Part shown: positions 20,902-32,321 of the stretch, piece by piece
Position numbering within the stretch: position 1 is the first letter of the stretch
Layout: the number at the start of each line of letters is the position of its first letter
NCBI GenBank assembly: GCA_964019335.1
Contig: OZ025714.1
Coordinates: 372,001-436,000, forward strand
Length of the DNA stretch: 64,000 bases
From: Diplonema japonicum
Lineage: Eukaryota; Protista; Euglenozoa: Diplonemea
Direction of reading: 5' to 3'
Notes under the pieces: model-generated
What the model saw: only the letters and a program-made list of their open reading frames with translations
Told to the model about the DNA's origin: nothing
The model's database searches: none
Position numbers and translations under genes: made by a program

Positions 20902-23592
20902 CTAGAAGTCGCCCGCAAGGATCATCTTTGCAAGCTGGTCCTTGTCGGTGCCTTCTTTCGTGTGGTGGTTGCTGAAACGTTCCAAGGTGCCCCAGTCCCG
21001 CACCTTCTTAGGTGGCAGGCCGGAAGAGGGGGAGTAGAAATGAGTCAAAGTGCTGGAGTTGTGGTCGGGCATCTCACCATACTGGGCCTCGATTCTGGGG
21101 GAAAAGGCAAGTCCATGTCGGTTAAGCCCGTCAGGGGAGAGGATGGGCTCGCCGCCAGGGTCGATCCTATTGGCGAGATGATAGGCTGTTTCAGGGTTGC
21201 TGTACCGCTCGGCAGTGAGACGTGCTTCGTCCCATCGAAGCTTGCCGAGCCTCTCCGACCGCTCTCTGGGTGTTTCTTCGTAGTCGCCCAGCGCACCGCT
21301 TTTGTTGTCAAAGAGCCTGCCTTCGCCTCGTCGCAGCCTTTCGCTTGCTTCACGCAATCGTTGCTCCTTGTAGTCGATCTGTGCTTGAGGGATTGCGGCT
21401 TCTCTTGAACTCCCCACAACCCCTGTCACAGGGTGTCGGGCCATCTTGTACACATTGACACCGTCCGGAAGCCAAGCATTGTCTTCGCTTGCCACTTCCG
21501 ACCCCAACCCTTCCACGATGTCCACACCGCTCTTCCAAACGGCTTTTCGGATTACGTGTTTATCCTCTGCTTCCACACCCAGGTCCAGTTCTGTTGTTCC
21601 GTCCTTCACCCACTCCAGTTCGTCATTCACGATTTGTAATGCTTCCTTTGTCGATAGGTTTGGTTCCCAGTTCGGGCACCCCGCCTCCATGTTCCAGTCC
21701 GCCTCGCCGGCAGGCCATGCAGCGTCTTCGTTGTCGATGCAGACCTGTGTCGTGGTTGTGAGCTGTGCTGTGCATACCTGTGCTCTCATGAAGTCCTTCC
21801 TTGTGATCATTTTCATGAAGCACCTGAACTCCAATGCCATGCAGTCTGCGAGATCGAGCTGCTCCGCTCTTGCCTTCTGTATCATCGCCAGGGACACAGT
21901 CATCGCAGACGGTGAATACTGCTTCATCACTGCGTGCACGTATGTAGCCCACTGCTGCTTTGTGATGTCCCTTGAGGCGACGGTGGCACCTTTCTCGTCG
22001 ACGAGTGCTGATGTTTCTGCCTCTGAAGACGGCTCTTCAGCCATCGCTTGCAGCGTTTCATAGATGCTGTCCAGCGACTTCTTCTCATGGAAGGCCTGCT
22101 CAATCCACGAGGCTTTGGCGGCGGTGATGTTGCACCTGTCCATGCTAGGCGCGTGGTCTACGTCGTTGAAGAGAGCCGAGTGCAAGATCCTCCTGGCGTT
22201 ACCCGAGTCACCAGGGCCGTGCATGTTCATGTAGTCATGCAGCATCCTCTCGTTGAGGTGGACGTCGGTGGGCGCGTGCACTGCGGTCCATCCCAGCCTC
22301 TTTGCGTCACCGTAGTGCACGGCGTCCCCTGTCAACATCATGTACTCAGCCAGCCCGGGGTACTTCAAGGACACAGCATCGTCGCGCAGGAGCCTCGTGA
22401 GGCCCCCCAAAGGTGTTGCCCCGCTGGTGGCAGAACTGAACGTGATCTCAGCTTCATTCCGCAGAGCTGCGTAGTTGGTTAGCAGTGCAAGCCCCGCCCC
22501 CACGTTATGCGCTTTCCCGTTCACGAAGGAGATGGTAGGTGAGTCGCCGCGGCCAGCGTTGTAGACACATTTCAAGGCGTCCCGGACATGGCTTGCGATG
22601 CTGTGCACGGTGGCGGTGGGGTCCTGTTGGTGGGCTGCTTGTCGTTTCAACCAGTCGGCTTGTCGCCTTGCGGACTCTAGAAGCCTGCCCGATGCACCTT
22701 CGTCTTCTTGCCCGGAGTGCAAGGCACCGCAGACGGCAAGCTCATTGCTTTCGGCCTCCTGGTTGGGGACGTTTCGTTTGGTGAGGAGGATCTCGGCGAG
22801 GCGCTCGACCTGCGCAGCATCGATGGGGTCGGCGTGCTGCTCGGAGGGGGGGACAGGGGGCTCAACGAGCCAGCGGAGCTTCTCAGCAAACACGCCGAGG
22901 GGGAGACCCTTGCTGAACCACTCTGTTTTCCCGTTTTGGCACGCGCCGATCATGGTGATGCGGCGCTCGGGGGCGTGGGTAGAGCAGCGGATGCTATTGT
23001 TAAGCGTTCTAAGGGTGTTGCGGTCGAGCTGGTTGTCGTGTTGGGGAACATTCACACGCAGGCAGCTTGTGTGCTTAGCCCTGCAGGACTCCATCACTGT
23101 GTTCTCCTCATTGAGGGGGACTGAGAATTCATCAAGGAAGAAGTCCACAGACACACGGTCAATGATCACCTCAGGCCGTGCCTGCCCACCATGGGGCTGT
23201 GCTTCAGCATCAGGTCCCCATGTGTCTCGCAAAGCAAGCCCGCCTCCGTAGTACCCAGATGTCACCTTGGAAGGTTTAAACCCTTTCCATTCCCTGTTGA
23301 TACCCGGGAAAGCACCGGGAGGCTGCTGGGCATGCGGTGCCTCAATGCCGAAATCTTCTTCAGAAGGTACATGGCTCTGCAGGGGGTTCCACCACTTGTC
23401 ATTTGCCCCTATCATGTTTTCGTCGAACATGTGCTCTCCCCAAAAAATTGATGTGAATTTTCTGTCCGCGCCCGGCTCCAACCAGAATGTTTTTATCCCC
23501 TTTGCCCCGAACACACTCCTACTTGCCCATCGCCTGCTTGTCCCACCATTGGTGCCTGCTGACCGGCTACACAAGGTAACCCCCCTTAGCAT
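20902..23592 (-). CDS. Mitochondrial crotonase-fold (HIBCH-like) protein, possibly mitoribosomal mS47-like
   Basis: Presequence-like start MLRGVTLCSRS..RRWASR; TISFVNGKAHNVGAGLAL, LAEYMMLTGD, YSPSAMTVSL, DCMALEFR..RKDF, PNWEP. Confidence 0.7.
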   Translation of the reverse strand: MLRGVTLCSRSAGTNGGTSRRWASRSVFGAKGIKTFWLEPGADRKFTSIFWGEHMFDENMIGANDKWWNPLQSHVPSEEDFGIEAPHAQQPPGAFPGINREWKGFKPSKVTSGYYGGGLALRDTWGPDAEAQPHGGQARPEVIIDRVSVDFFLDEFSVPLNEENTVMESCRAKHTSCLRVNVPQHDNQLDRNTLRTLNNSIRCSTHAPERRITMIGACQNGKTEWFSKGLPLGVFAEKLRWLVEPPVPPSEQHADPIDAAQVERLAEILLTKRNVPNQEAESNELAVCGALHSGQEDEGASGRLLESARRQADWLKRQAAHQQDPTATVHSIASHVRDALKCVYNAGRGDSPTISFVNGKAHNVGAGLALLTNYAALRNEAEITFSSATSGATPLGGLTRLLRDDAVSLKYPGLAEYMMLTGDAVHYGDAKRLGWTAVHAPTDVHLNERMLHDYMNMHGPGDSGNARRILHSALFNDVDHAPSMDRCNITAAKASWIEQAFHEKKSLDSIYETLQAMAEEPSSEAETSALVDEKGATVASRDITKQQWATYVHAVMKQYSPSAMTVSLAMIQKARAEQLDLADCMALEFRCFMKMITRKDFMRAQVCTAQLTTTTQVCIDNEDAAWPAGEADWNMEAGCPNWEPNLSTKEALQIVNDELEWVKDGTTELDLGVEAEDKHVIRKAVWKSGVDIVEGLGSEVASEDNAWLPDGVNVYKMARHPVTGVVGSSREAAIPQAQIDYKEQRLREASERLRRGEGRLFDNKSGALGDYEETPRERSERLGKLRWDEARLTAERYSNPETAYHLANRIDPGGEPILSPDGLNRHGLAFSPRIEAQYGEMPDHNSSTLTHFYSPSSGLPPKKVRDWGTLERFSNHHTKEGTDKDQLAKMILAGDF

Positions 23593-24397
23593 TTTTACGT
23601 CCCCCAGGGAGGCCCCTGAGATAAGCTATTTGCTTGGAATAGGCGGGAGAAGAAGAGGGGGAAAAAAAAAATGAAATTTCCAGACAGATTCGACAACGAA
23701 AAAGAAGAAAATAATAAACAGTAAAAGGGGAAGTGTGTGCGTGTTGAGGTTGGAGGTTTGATAACAACAAAGAGTGAGGTCGTAGAAAGAAGAAAAGGAA
23801 GAGGGGGGGGGGGGGGATATCTGAATTCTATATTCAGAAAAGAGGTGACTAGAAACGAATGCAAAAAAAAAAAAATAAAATAAAAAATAAAAAAAAAGCA
23901 ATTCCTGATCTTTCTTCTTCCCCCTCCTTTATTTTCTCTTTTGCTTTCGGTCTCCCCCCCCTCCTTTGTTTTCATGAACGCATCTTGTAATTTAACCAAA
24001 GATGTGGATCAGTAAGCTCTCTCCCCCCTCCCCTCTCCTCCCCAAAACAAATTGCTATTTTCTTTTTATCTCCTTGTTTTTTTTTGTTTTGTTTTTATAT
24101 ATTTATATCGAACAGCACGAAAGGAAAGAGGGGGGGGGGGGGGGGGGGGACCATTTCCCCATACCTCTCTTCCTCCTTCCTCCTTCCTCATTTTTCTTTT
24201 TTTCAATTCTCTCTTCCTCCTCCCTTTGCTTATCTAAAAAAAAAAGAAAAAAATGGGGGGGGAAACATATCTTGCACATGGGGGCATAAAAATAAATGGG
24301 GGGGTGCATTCCATTCTAAGGGAGACAAATTTCTCTAAAAAAATAAACTCAAAAAAAAAGAAAAAAGATCCTTGCTTATAAGTAAATCAATCAAACA

Positions 24398-25381
24398 TCA
24401 TCTTACGCGCACACGCCGATCGAAGATACCAGGGATGGAGTGAAGGGAGCTGGGGCGGGGAAAGTTTGACGATCTCGCCTTGTTTCCCCTTGGCGACCTG
24501 GGAGACCTTGGAGTGGCAGACAGCATTGAATATTGCCGCTCAGTGGCACTGAGCCGGAGAGGTATGGAAATGGGCAGGCTGATAGGCGGTGACGTGGTTC
24601 GAGATGAAGCGTTATTGCTGTTTCTTTTCACGACCCCCCGATCTCTCCGTTTCTTGGGGTGGAAGTAAGAAGCTTGGAGCTTGTAGTGCATGGTGTCCTC
24701 GAAAACTAAACCTTTCGGCGCTCTTTTTTTCCGTTTTTGCTCCAAATCGTATTCCATCAATGCTGTGCTTAACAACGGGTAGGCGGCAACCAAAGGCGGT
24801 TTTTTTTTCGACGCCTTCGGGATGAGGATTTGCGGTTGCATTAAAACAGGCTCGTCGGTCGGTTCCACAAGCACGTCCTCCTCCCATTCAACAGTGGATG
24901 CAGATGGACATGACGCAGTGGAAGAATCATCAGAATCGTCGTCTTTCCCTTCATACGATAAATCTGAAACTATTGACAGTAATTGCCACTGAGGAGGGTT
25001 GATGTTCTCTTGCAATGGTGGTGGTGGGGGAGGGGGAGGGGGGGGAGGTATCCCGATATTGACGATTAAGGGTTTTCGTGAAAATCGTTTTACATCCCCC
25101 AGGTGGTTTGACAGGCCTCCGCTTGTAAAGCTTCTAGGCGTTGCGACTCTCTTCTGCCCCCCTGGGCTTTTTGTTTTTTTCACCTGACCGATGGCCACCC
25201 TCCTTTTGTCGCCAGACCCGCACCGCTTCAAGTCGTGCACGTGGGGCGGCGGCGGTATCATACCGCCCATCACCTTTTTCAACTTAAACAACCCCGGGCT
25301 TTCCTTGTGAAACTCGCTCCGTCTTCCAGGAAGCAGCGTCGCACTGTTGCACCTCCTCGTTGCATTTGGGTTCCATGACAT
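24398..25381 (-). CDS. Hypothetical Pro-rich low-complexity protein
   Basis: 327-aa ORF on the cluster strand with poly-Pro and acidic segments. Confidence 0.55.
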   Translation of the reverse strand: MSWNPNATRRCNSATLLPGRRSEFHKESPGLFKLKKVMGGMIPPPPHVHDLKRCGSGDKRRVAIGQVKKTKSPGGQKRVATPRSFTSGGLSNHLGDVKRFSRKPLIVNIGIPPPPPPPPPPPLQENINPPQWQLLSIVSDLSYEGKDDDSDDSSTASCPSASTVEWEEDVLVEPTDEPVLMQPQILIPKASKKKPPLVAAYPLLSTALMEYDLEQKRKKRAPKGLVFEDTMHYKLQASYFHPKKRRDRGVVKRNSNNASSRTTSPPISLPISIPLRLSATERQYSMLSATPRSPRSPRGNKARSSNFPRPSSLHSIPGIFDRRVRVR

Positions 25382-25550
25382 TCAACAACTGTACTGTGGG
25401 GTTTCTCTTTTTTTTCGGGGGGGGGGGGATTGGAAAAAAAAGAAAAAAAAGAGAATTTGGTGGCAGTGGGCCGCCAATATTTTTTTTTTTTTTTTTTTTT
25501 TCACGCACTGCCCTCTTGTGGCATTTTTTTTTTCTTTTTTTTTTTTTTTT

Positions 25551-26054
25551 TCATATTTTCGGTTTGAACACTGGTATTTTTTTTTGCGGCTGTTCTTCCC
25601 GATGGACGTCGCTCTCGTCAGGTTGTGGATAGTCCGCAACCGCTTGTTCTCGCAGCTTTCGGTAGCAAGCATCGTCTATTCCTTTCAAATTCGATTTCGT
25701 TGTGTGTATGGTGTCAGCGACTGCGGTGGCCGGGTCAACTAGTTGCTGAGGTGGTGGTGGCAGTGGGCCTTCTAATGGTACATCGCCCTCGAATAAGTTA
25801 CCCCCAGGAGCAGAGGCAAAGCCAGGTATAAACCGGTCTTCCCTCTCTTCCTGACTCCCTTCATCATCGAAGCTAACACCGGCATAGTCGCGAGAGGCCA
25901 ACTCCTCCCACAGGCGGGCAAGACCTTCATTTTCATTGTCCTCCTCCTCTGCTACCAAAGCGTCTCGTTCGGATTCCTCCGCTTCAGCAGCTTCGTGTGT
26001 TGCCGGCCGCATTAGAGATGCTACTTCTTTCCCCACATTGGTTGTGCACGTCAT
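25551..26054 (-). CDS. Hypothetical acidic protein
   Basis: 167-aa ORF, ATG directly after an A-run like neighbouring genes; no motif. Confidence 0.4.
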   Translation of the reverse strand: MTCTTNVGKEVASLMRPATHEAAEAEESERDALVAEEEDNENEGLARLWEELASRDYAGVSFDDEGSQEEREDRFIPGFASAPGGNLFEGDVPLEGPLPPPPQQLVDPATAVADTIHTTKSNLKGIDDACYRKLREQAVADYPQPDESDVHREEQPQKKIPVFKPKI

Positions 26055-26209
26055 TTTTTTTTTCTTTTTTTTTCTTTTTTTTTTCTTTTTTTATATTTAA
26101 CTGTCCTGGTGTAACTCCACCAAAATTTTCATGGGTGGGAGTGAAAATAAGAATTCACTTTATTTCACTCCTGACTTTATTTTCACGCTCCGGCTTCTAA
26201 AAGAAGTTA

Positions 26210-26388
26210 GGCCCAGGAGTGAAAAACTAGTTTGGCGCTCCATTTGTTTGTGCGCACGAGCGGAATTTTACCTAATAAAATAGCTCATTACGCTGCCATC
26301 AACTAGTTTTTAGTCTCGACAATAATATTGTTAAAACAAAAAAATTCTAATAGCGTTAAAATAAGAAATATTATTTCACCCCTGGGCC
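26210..26388. mobile_element. MITE-like element with terminal inverted repeats
   Basis: GGCCCAGGAGTGAAA ... TTTCACCCCTGGGCC (1 mismatch), flanked by TA on both sides; internal ~90 bp recurs at 31097-31186. Confidence 0.6.
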
Positions 26389-26919
26389 TAATTTAAGCAA
26401 AACCTCCAGAAATTCCTACCAAGGTTCCTTTGGGATGGGCAAGAACCCGACTGCACAAGAGGCGGACGCAGCAGGGTTCACCCCCTTCCAAGAGCCATAC
26501 GAAGGAGTGGGCACGCTTTTGTGTGTTTCATAATTATAGGAAGGAAAAGAAGGGCCCGTCCGAAAGAAGAGAATTCTATTCTCTATTTTAGCGACATGAA
26601 CAAGCAATGCCTGCTGCCTGTTCAGTCCGGCTTATTCAAGGCTAAACTCGGTTGTGAAGAGGAATTACAGCAGTTGCAAGACCACCCCCGACTAAAGGTC
26701 CCCCTCAAGAGGTTCCAAGAAGGCGAGTCAACAAAAAGGCGAACATCTTTACCCAAGAGCAAAGAACAGAATTCTTTAGCACCGAGGTATGGCATCGTCC
26801 GCCACGCTTATGCAGCGTTGATGTTCGCAGGAAACATGTGCACTACCGAGGCACATATCCAACACCTGTTGTAAGTGGTACCACCTGTACCTCCCACCCA
26901 CTCAAATTTTGCTGTCGTT

Positions 26920-27084
26920 AAATAAAATATCGTATTTGTGAATATATGATTTCACTTGTGGTGGTTTTGACTCGTTAAACGTTATAACACTCGCTTCGCT
27001 CGTGATATAACCGTCATTACTCGTCAAAACCACTGCCACCACGCGTGAAATCATAGGATCTTATATTCACTAAATAAATAGTTA
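26920..27084 (+). mobile_element. Terminal long hairpin of a non-autonomous or decayed DNA transposon (Crypton/Helentron-like)
   Basis: Imperfect ~150-bp palindrome centred on CTCGCTTCGCTCG, ending TAAATAGTTA + T-run, the same terminus as the 42579 and 55589 elements. Confidence 0.55.
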
Positions 27085-27904
27085 TTTTTTTTTTTTTTTA
27101 CTTTAGGTGAAGAGGGATAAGAAAGAAAAAAAAAAGAAAATACGAATGAACAAGGGGTTCCTCTTTTTTTTTTTTTTTTTTAAATTTCCCTATTGTTCTT
27201 AGAAAATTAGGAAATAGGAGGTAAAGGAAAAAAAAAGGGGGGGGGAAAGGCAGAAATGCTGTGAGAAAAAAACTGGTCGGGACCAATTTCCCGTCGTGTG
27301 TGGTGGAGCCTCCTGATAAAGAGCAGGTGTGATGCTTGGGAAGAATCACTAGCTGCTCCACGCCGAGGTCTGGGTACGTGTCTCGGCCATGTTTTGATGT
27401 AGAAAAAAAGAAAAAAAAAAAAAAAAAAAAGAAGGGGGGAAAAAACCGGTTGCCCCCCTTCTCCCATCTTCTTTTCTTTTCTATTTTAGTAAAGAATGAG
27501 TACAAAAAAAAAAAAAAAAAAGAAATGTGAATAGTGAGGTTTTAACTGAGATTTTTTTTTTCTTCCTCTTTTATGTAAGTAATATGTGGCTTTTTGAACC
27601 CCCCGGAAAATAGTTCAGTCTCCCAGTTGAAGCCGCTTTTTTCCTCCACTACTTTTTAGTTTTAGCCCCTAAACGCCCAAGCGGACGTTTTTTGTCCTTA
27701 TTTCAAGATTTGCTTTCGCTAAGTACTTTTTTTTGAACATGGCCTTCAAAATATGGTATTGTTAGGCGGTATATTTTGACTTAGTACTATATTTTGCGTT
27801 AAAAGTTTTTTTTTTTTTTTTTTTTTTTTTTGTTTTAATTGAAACCGGCAGGGGGTGGGCTTATAATGAAATCAGGTAGTCAAAAATAGCAGCGAAAGCG
27901 TTAA

Positions 27905-27939
<35 letters not shown>

Positions 27940-28868
27940 CCTCCTGTGATCATCTCGAGGGCGTTTTGAGAGAAAAGGAGAGGGGGAAAAAAGAAAAAAA
28001 GAAAGAAAAAAAAAAAAGCATCGCCTCAAACGGCTTCTAGACCACCTCAATGCAGGCACATAGGGAACAGAAAGCCCACTTAGCGCTGCGAAAGAAGGGA
28101 ATGAAACACGCAACTTATGGCGGGATGGCTGCACACAATTGAGCACATTATATGGTAAGGGGGAGAGAGATAAATTTCGATAAAGAGTCAGCAATAAAAT
28201 AGACACACCTGGGGAGGGAGGGAGGAGGGGGGGGGGGGGGGGGGGGTCAATAGGAAAGAGGGAGGAGGGGGCAGCATTTACTGATGGCTTGTTCTTTTTT
28301 ACACATAAAAAAAAAAGGAAAAAACAAATTAAACAGCACTCGGTTTTTTTTTTTTTTTTTTTTTTTTCTTTTTCAGCCATGTTTGATATCAGATAGCTGG
28401 CGTTCCCCATCCCCCCGTCCTTCCTGTTCTATGCCACGCTTTTTTTTTTTTTTTAGATTCATTATTCTCTTTTCATTTTTTTTTCTCTTTTATTCTGTTC
28501 TTTAAAAATAAAAGTCACATTACGTCTATATCCCGTCAGGCATCCCTCTTCTTCCGTAGAAGATGACTCAGAATATTGCTATTTTTTTTTCTTCTGTTAA
28601 AAACAATGGTGGTGGGGGGGGGGGGGGGGGTGAATATTGTCGTGCGCATCAGCGGTAGGTCTTTTTACCCAAAAAACCCTGACGACTACTGGCGTTTGAC
28701 AACAGGAAAAAAAGAATCCCGTGTAAACAATTAAAAAAGAAAGAAGGGAGAAAAAAAAAAGAATTGGCGATGTCATGCACGCAAAAAGTTACAAAGTTTT
28801 TCTTTTTAACCTGACAACGATAATATTTCGATATTTGTGCCAACATTTCCTTACAACACTAGGTGTTG

Positions 28869-28905
<37 letters not shown>

Positions 28906-29099
28906 GGAAAATGAGAACTTGAGAAACAGATTGGGGAAACAGCGCCCCATACATACCCTCAGCCCAAAAGAAAAAAAAAGGGGGAAAATAAAAAAGGGAA
29001 ACAAAAAAAAAAAAAAAAATACGATAGGCATTTTAATTTTTTCGTTTCGTCTTAAAGCTAACTATACAGCGGCCCCCAAATATCAAATAAAGAGACCTT

Positions 29100-29135
<36 letters not shown>

Positions 29136-29138
<3 letters not shown>

Positions 29139-30921
29139 AAAGTACAGGACAAGCCCCGCTAGAGGGCCGCCCTATGGGAGGGGGGGGGTCTATCTGTTAA
29201 TACTCCCCTTCTGGAGCATTGCTTTCATCCCGATTGTGGCTGTGAGCGTCTTGCGGAGTCGTGTGATGCGATCCCGCTTGTAGGCGGCCTTCAAATCCAT
29301 CAGCTTGTCGTGCGTGGACTGGGTAGCAAAAATGGGCCTCCTGGAGAAGCCTATAGCTGCCTTTCCTCCTATGGCGATGAGGGACTTCACCCTTTTCTGC
29401 TCATCCGCTGGGAAGGGGCGTCGCTTCTTCCGTGCCCTGCACGCTGCGTTTATCTTTACGATTAGGGCCTTGATTCTGCGTGCCCTATCTTCCAGCAGGC
29501 CTCCTAATGATTTACCGGTCGTCCATTCGAAGTCAATGGCTAGCTCCACCGCCGACACCTCCGAGGTGGTGTCCTTCTCCACCCAGCGCAGCTGTGACAA
29601 CCATTGTAGCAGCGGGTTCAGGTACTGGGACAGGACCCCACCCACTCCCTCGAGCTCGCCTGCTATCGGAACGGGGCATCTCTTTCCTACTACATTTCGT
29701 TCCCACGGTAGCGGCTGTGTGTTGACGTCCTCCTTCTGCATGAGCTCCACGTCCCGCTTCTCAACCACCACGGCCAAGTATCGTTGCAGTTTTTCCAGGT
29801 ATGCAAAGGCATGTCCTCTCGGCAGTATCCTCTCGGCAGTATTGCGTGTAGCTCAAGACACAGGGGCCATCCCGTCCTGTCGCGCAGCGGTTCCAAACCG
29901 TCCTGTGCCAGCTCGTCCCGTGCGCAGGCACACTCGTAGAGCTGATGGCGGAGTAAGGTTACCGGTGGTGACTCACACAGGTCACACCTGAACCCTTGTG
30001 TGCGTGGTACTTCCGTCGTTGGGACGTGGTCTATGCTGTCCCCGTCTCCCTCGGTGCCATCTCCTTCTGGTGCCAGGGGGACGCTCCTTTGACTCGTACC
30101 TGCATGCGGGCTAAGGTAGGGGACCCCTCCGGCGATCACCCGTCTCAGGCAGTAGGACATGAGTGGGTCCTTGGCTGTCTTCCACAGTTGGTTGGTTTTG
30201 GGATCCGCTCCCGCCTCCATCCCCTTCACTGTGCTTCTTTCGTTCGCCAGTGACCTGCTCCGGGCTTTCCTCACCGCGTCCCTAAAGGCGTGCCCGCGCT
30301 CGGCCCAGGGTTTGTTCCTACAGTCTAGCAGCTGCGTCCAGCTCCACCCTATGTAGGGGAGCCACCGACAGATCAGGTTGCCTACTGGCCCCATTGGGAT
30401 GGACCCCGTGCCGCACCCCGCAGCGATCCGTGTGCATCTCTGTCGCAGTCTCTCGTCGTCAAGCGCTCTGGACACTACCTTCAGGGAGTGGTATATCACA
30501 TAGGAGGGGGTCGCTGGTGTGCCCCTTCAAGAGGACCGTGTTGACCGCGGTTGGAGATCGTCCACGATGATGCGGGCCCCACAGATTGCATGTTACCCTC
30601 GTTGACAACTTCTTGAGTATCTCGTCACATGGGGGAGAGAACGGCCCGCTGTAGAGGCATGACGGGAGTACTGTCGTGCTGACCATGTGTGCTTTGGTCT
30701 CGAAAGCTAATCTCGTGCACCCTAGCCGGTCTAGTGAGTCAAGTGCATCCGTGGATGGTCTGTTCCATTTCGTTCCTGTCCTGCGCGTGTTGATCCTCAC
30801 GCCAAGCCCTTTGAAGTCCGTCACTGTCTTGTAAGGTACAGCAACTACCGAGCCTTTCCTATTCGCCGTACGGTCTCCTACGACTCTCGACTTGTAACCC
30901 TCTGCGGTGCCAAAGCCAACC
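29136..30921 (-). mobile_element. 5'-truncated, frameshifted non-LTR retrotransposon relic
   Basis: Three overlapping frames: RT-thumb-like FKGLGVRI..VLPSCLYS..LWG..RS..KGH.DP; zinc knuckle CDLC..HQLYEC; C-terminal VSAVELAIDFE. Flanked by A-runs on both sides. Confidence 0.7.
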
Positions 30922-30988
30922 AAAAAAAAAAGAAAAGAAAAGTAGAAATTTTTTCACAAGGCACCCGTTTTGTAGTGAAGTGACACGC

Positions 30989-31039
<51 letters not shown>

Positions 31040-31096
31040 AATTTTTTTATACTCCTTTCCCCTCCAAAGAGAAGGAAGGCGGTAAGGGGAGAGAAC

Positions 31097-31186
31097 AAAC
31101 TAATTTGGCGCTTCATTTCTTCGTGCGCACGAGCAGTATTTTACCAAATAAAATATCTCATCACACTGCCATCACCAACTAGTTTC
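31097..31186. repeat. Diverged copy of the internal segment of the 26210 MITE
   Basis: aactaatttggcgcttcatt..tgcgcacgagc..ttttacc.aataaaata.ctcat.ac.ctgccatc..aactagttt aligns to 26225-26310. Confidence 0.7.
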
Positions 31187-31355
31187 TTTTTTGTCATTTT
31201 TTTTTTCTTCTTCTTCTTCTTCTTCTTAACAAAACAAAAAAATTAAGGAAGGAAAAAAAAAAAAAAAAAAAAAAAAACACACAACAAAAAAAAAAAAAGC
31301 ACTCGGAGTCGCAAGAAAAAAAAAAAAAAAAGTTCATCAGTATCATATTCCCCTT

Positions 31356-32321
31356 TTAGAAAACTCTAGCAGGGTAAATATTATCGGGAGACGACGAGAC
31401 CCTTGACAAGGGGGTCGGTGAAAACAGACACCTTTTTGCAGGCTCATCGTCACAGCCATTAACAGCATGGTTGGAAGAAAGGGGAAGTTCGTAAGACAAA
31501 GGTTTGTAATTCTCCGAATCTGAACGGGTGATAGATATGCTGCAAGAAGAGAAGTCGTAGGAGGTGGGCTGGCTGCGCGAGGATCCACTGTCCGACATTT
31601 TCGAATACCTAGACTTGTCCCTGACAGGGAAGGGGAACGCAACACCAGAACCATACTTCTCGCTGAACCTGTAGTCTGTCAAAAATATCTGGGCCTCTAA
31701 TGTAGTGGGTAATTTCTCAGGAAATTCTTCCACCCACTGGCAAAAGGCTCCGAATTCACCTCGTCGAGCCTCTAACAAATCAAGATGTTCGCCCTTGGCC
31801 TCTGTTATCTCATAGTAGTGCCCAGTGTCGTCATGAAAATATCTAGCCCAGGGCAGGGAATAAACAGTGTTTTTTGTAGGGTCTGATCTGTGGTGGGCGA
31901 GCCAGAGCGTTTCAACAGTTAGCTGGCTATACGTTTTTTCCTCGTGAAGGAATTTGTCAAGCGATGCCGCGACGTTGTTGTCGGTAAGTGAGACCGTTAA
32001 CAGTTCTGCCAGATATCGTTCCAGGCCCAGTCTCCGCTTCTCGATTTTCTTTTTTGATATATTTGTAGCCGGTTTGAACAGCCCGGCTTTCCTCGGGAGC
32101 CTTGCTTTTTTCCGTGTGCCGCTTGCTTTCCCGAAGAATATCCGGTAAAGGCTTTTGTGTAACAATGCGAAATCGCTGTACCTTTTGCAAACCTTCCACC
32201 TTGCCTGGCCCGATGATATTTCCACACCATATCTCACCACCAAGCTCATCCTGCCGTAGTCCAGAGATGCATAGGGGATTTTTATTTTTACATTTTCGAG
32301 GTTGTCTAAAATTGTGTGCAT
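31356..32321 (-). CDS. PX domain protein
   Basis: WKVCKRYSDFALLHKSL..LPRK..IEKRRLGLERYLAELL..LDKFL. Confidence 0.85.
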   Translation of the reverse strand: MHTILDNLENVKIKIPYASLDYGRMSLVVRYGVEISSGQARWKVCKRYSDFALLHKSLYRIFFGKASGTRKKARLPRKAGLFKPATNISKKKIEKRRLGLERYLAELLTVSLTDNNVAASLDKFLHEEKTYSQLTVETLWLAHHRSDPTKNTVYSLPWARYFHDDTGHYYEITEAKGEHLDLLEARRGEFGAFCQWVEEFPEKLPTTLEAQIFLTDYRFSEKYGSGVAFPFPVRDKSRYSKMSDSGSSRSQPTSYDFSSCSISITRSDSENYKPLSYELPLSSNHAVNGCDDEPAKRCLFSPTPLSRVSSSPDNIYPARVF

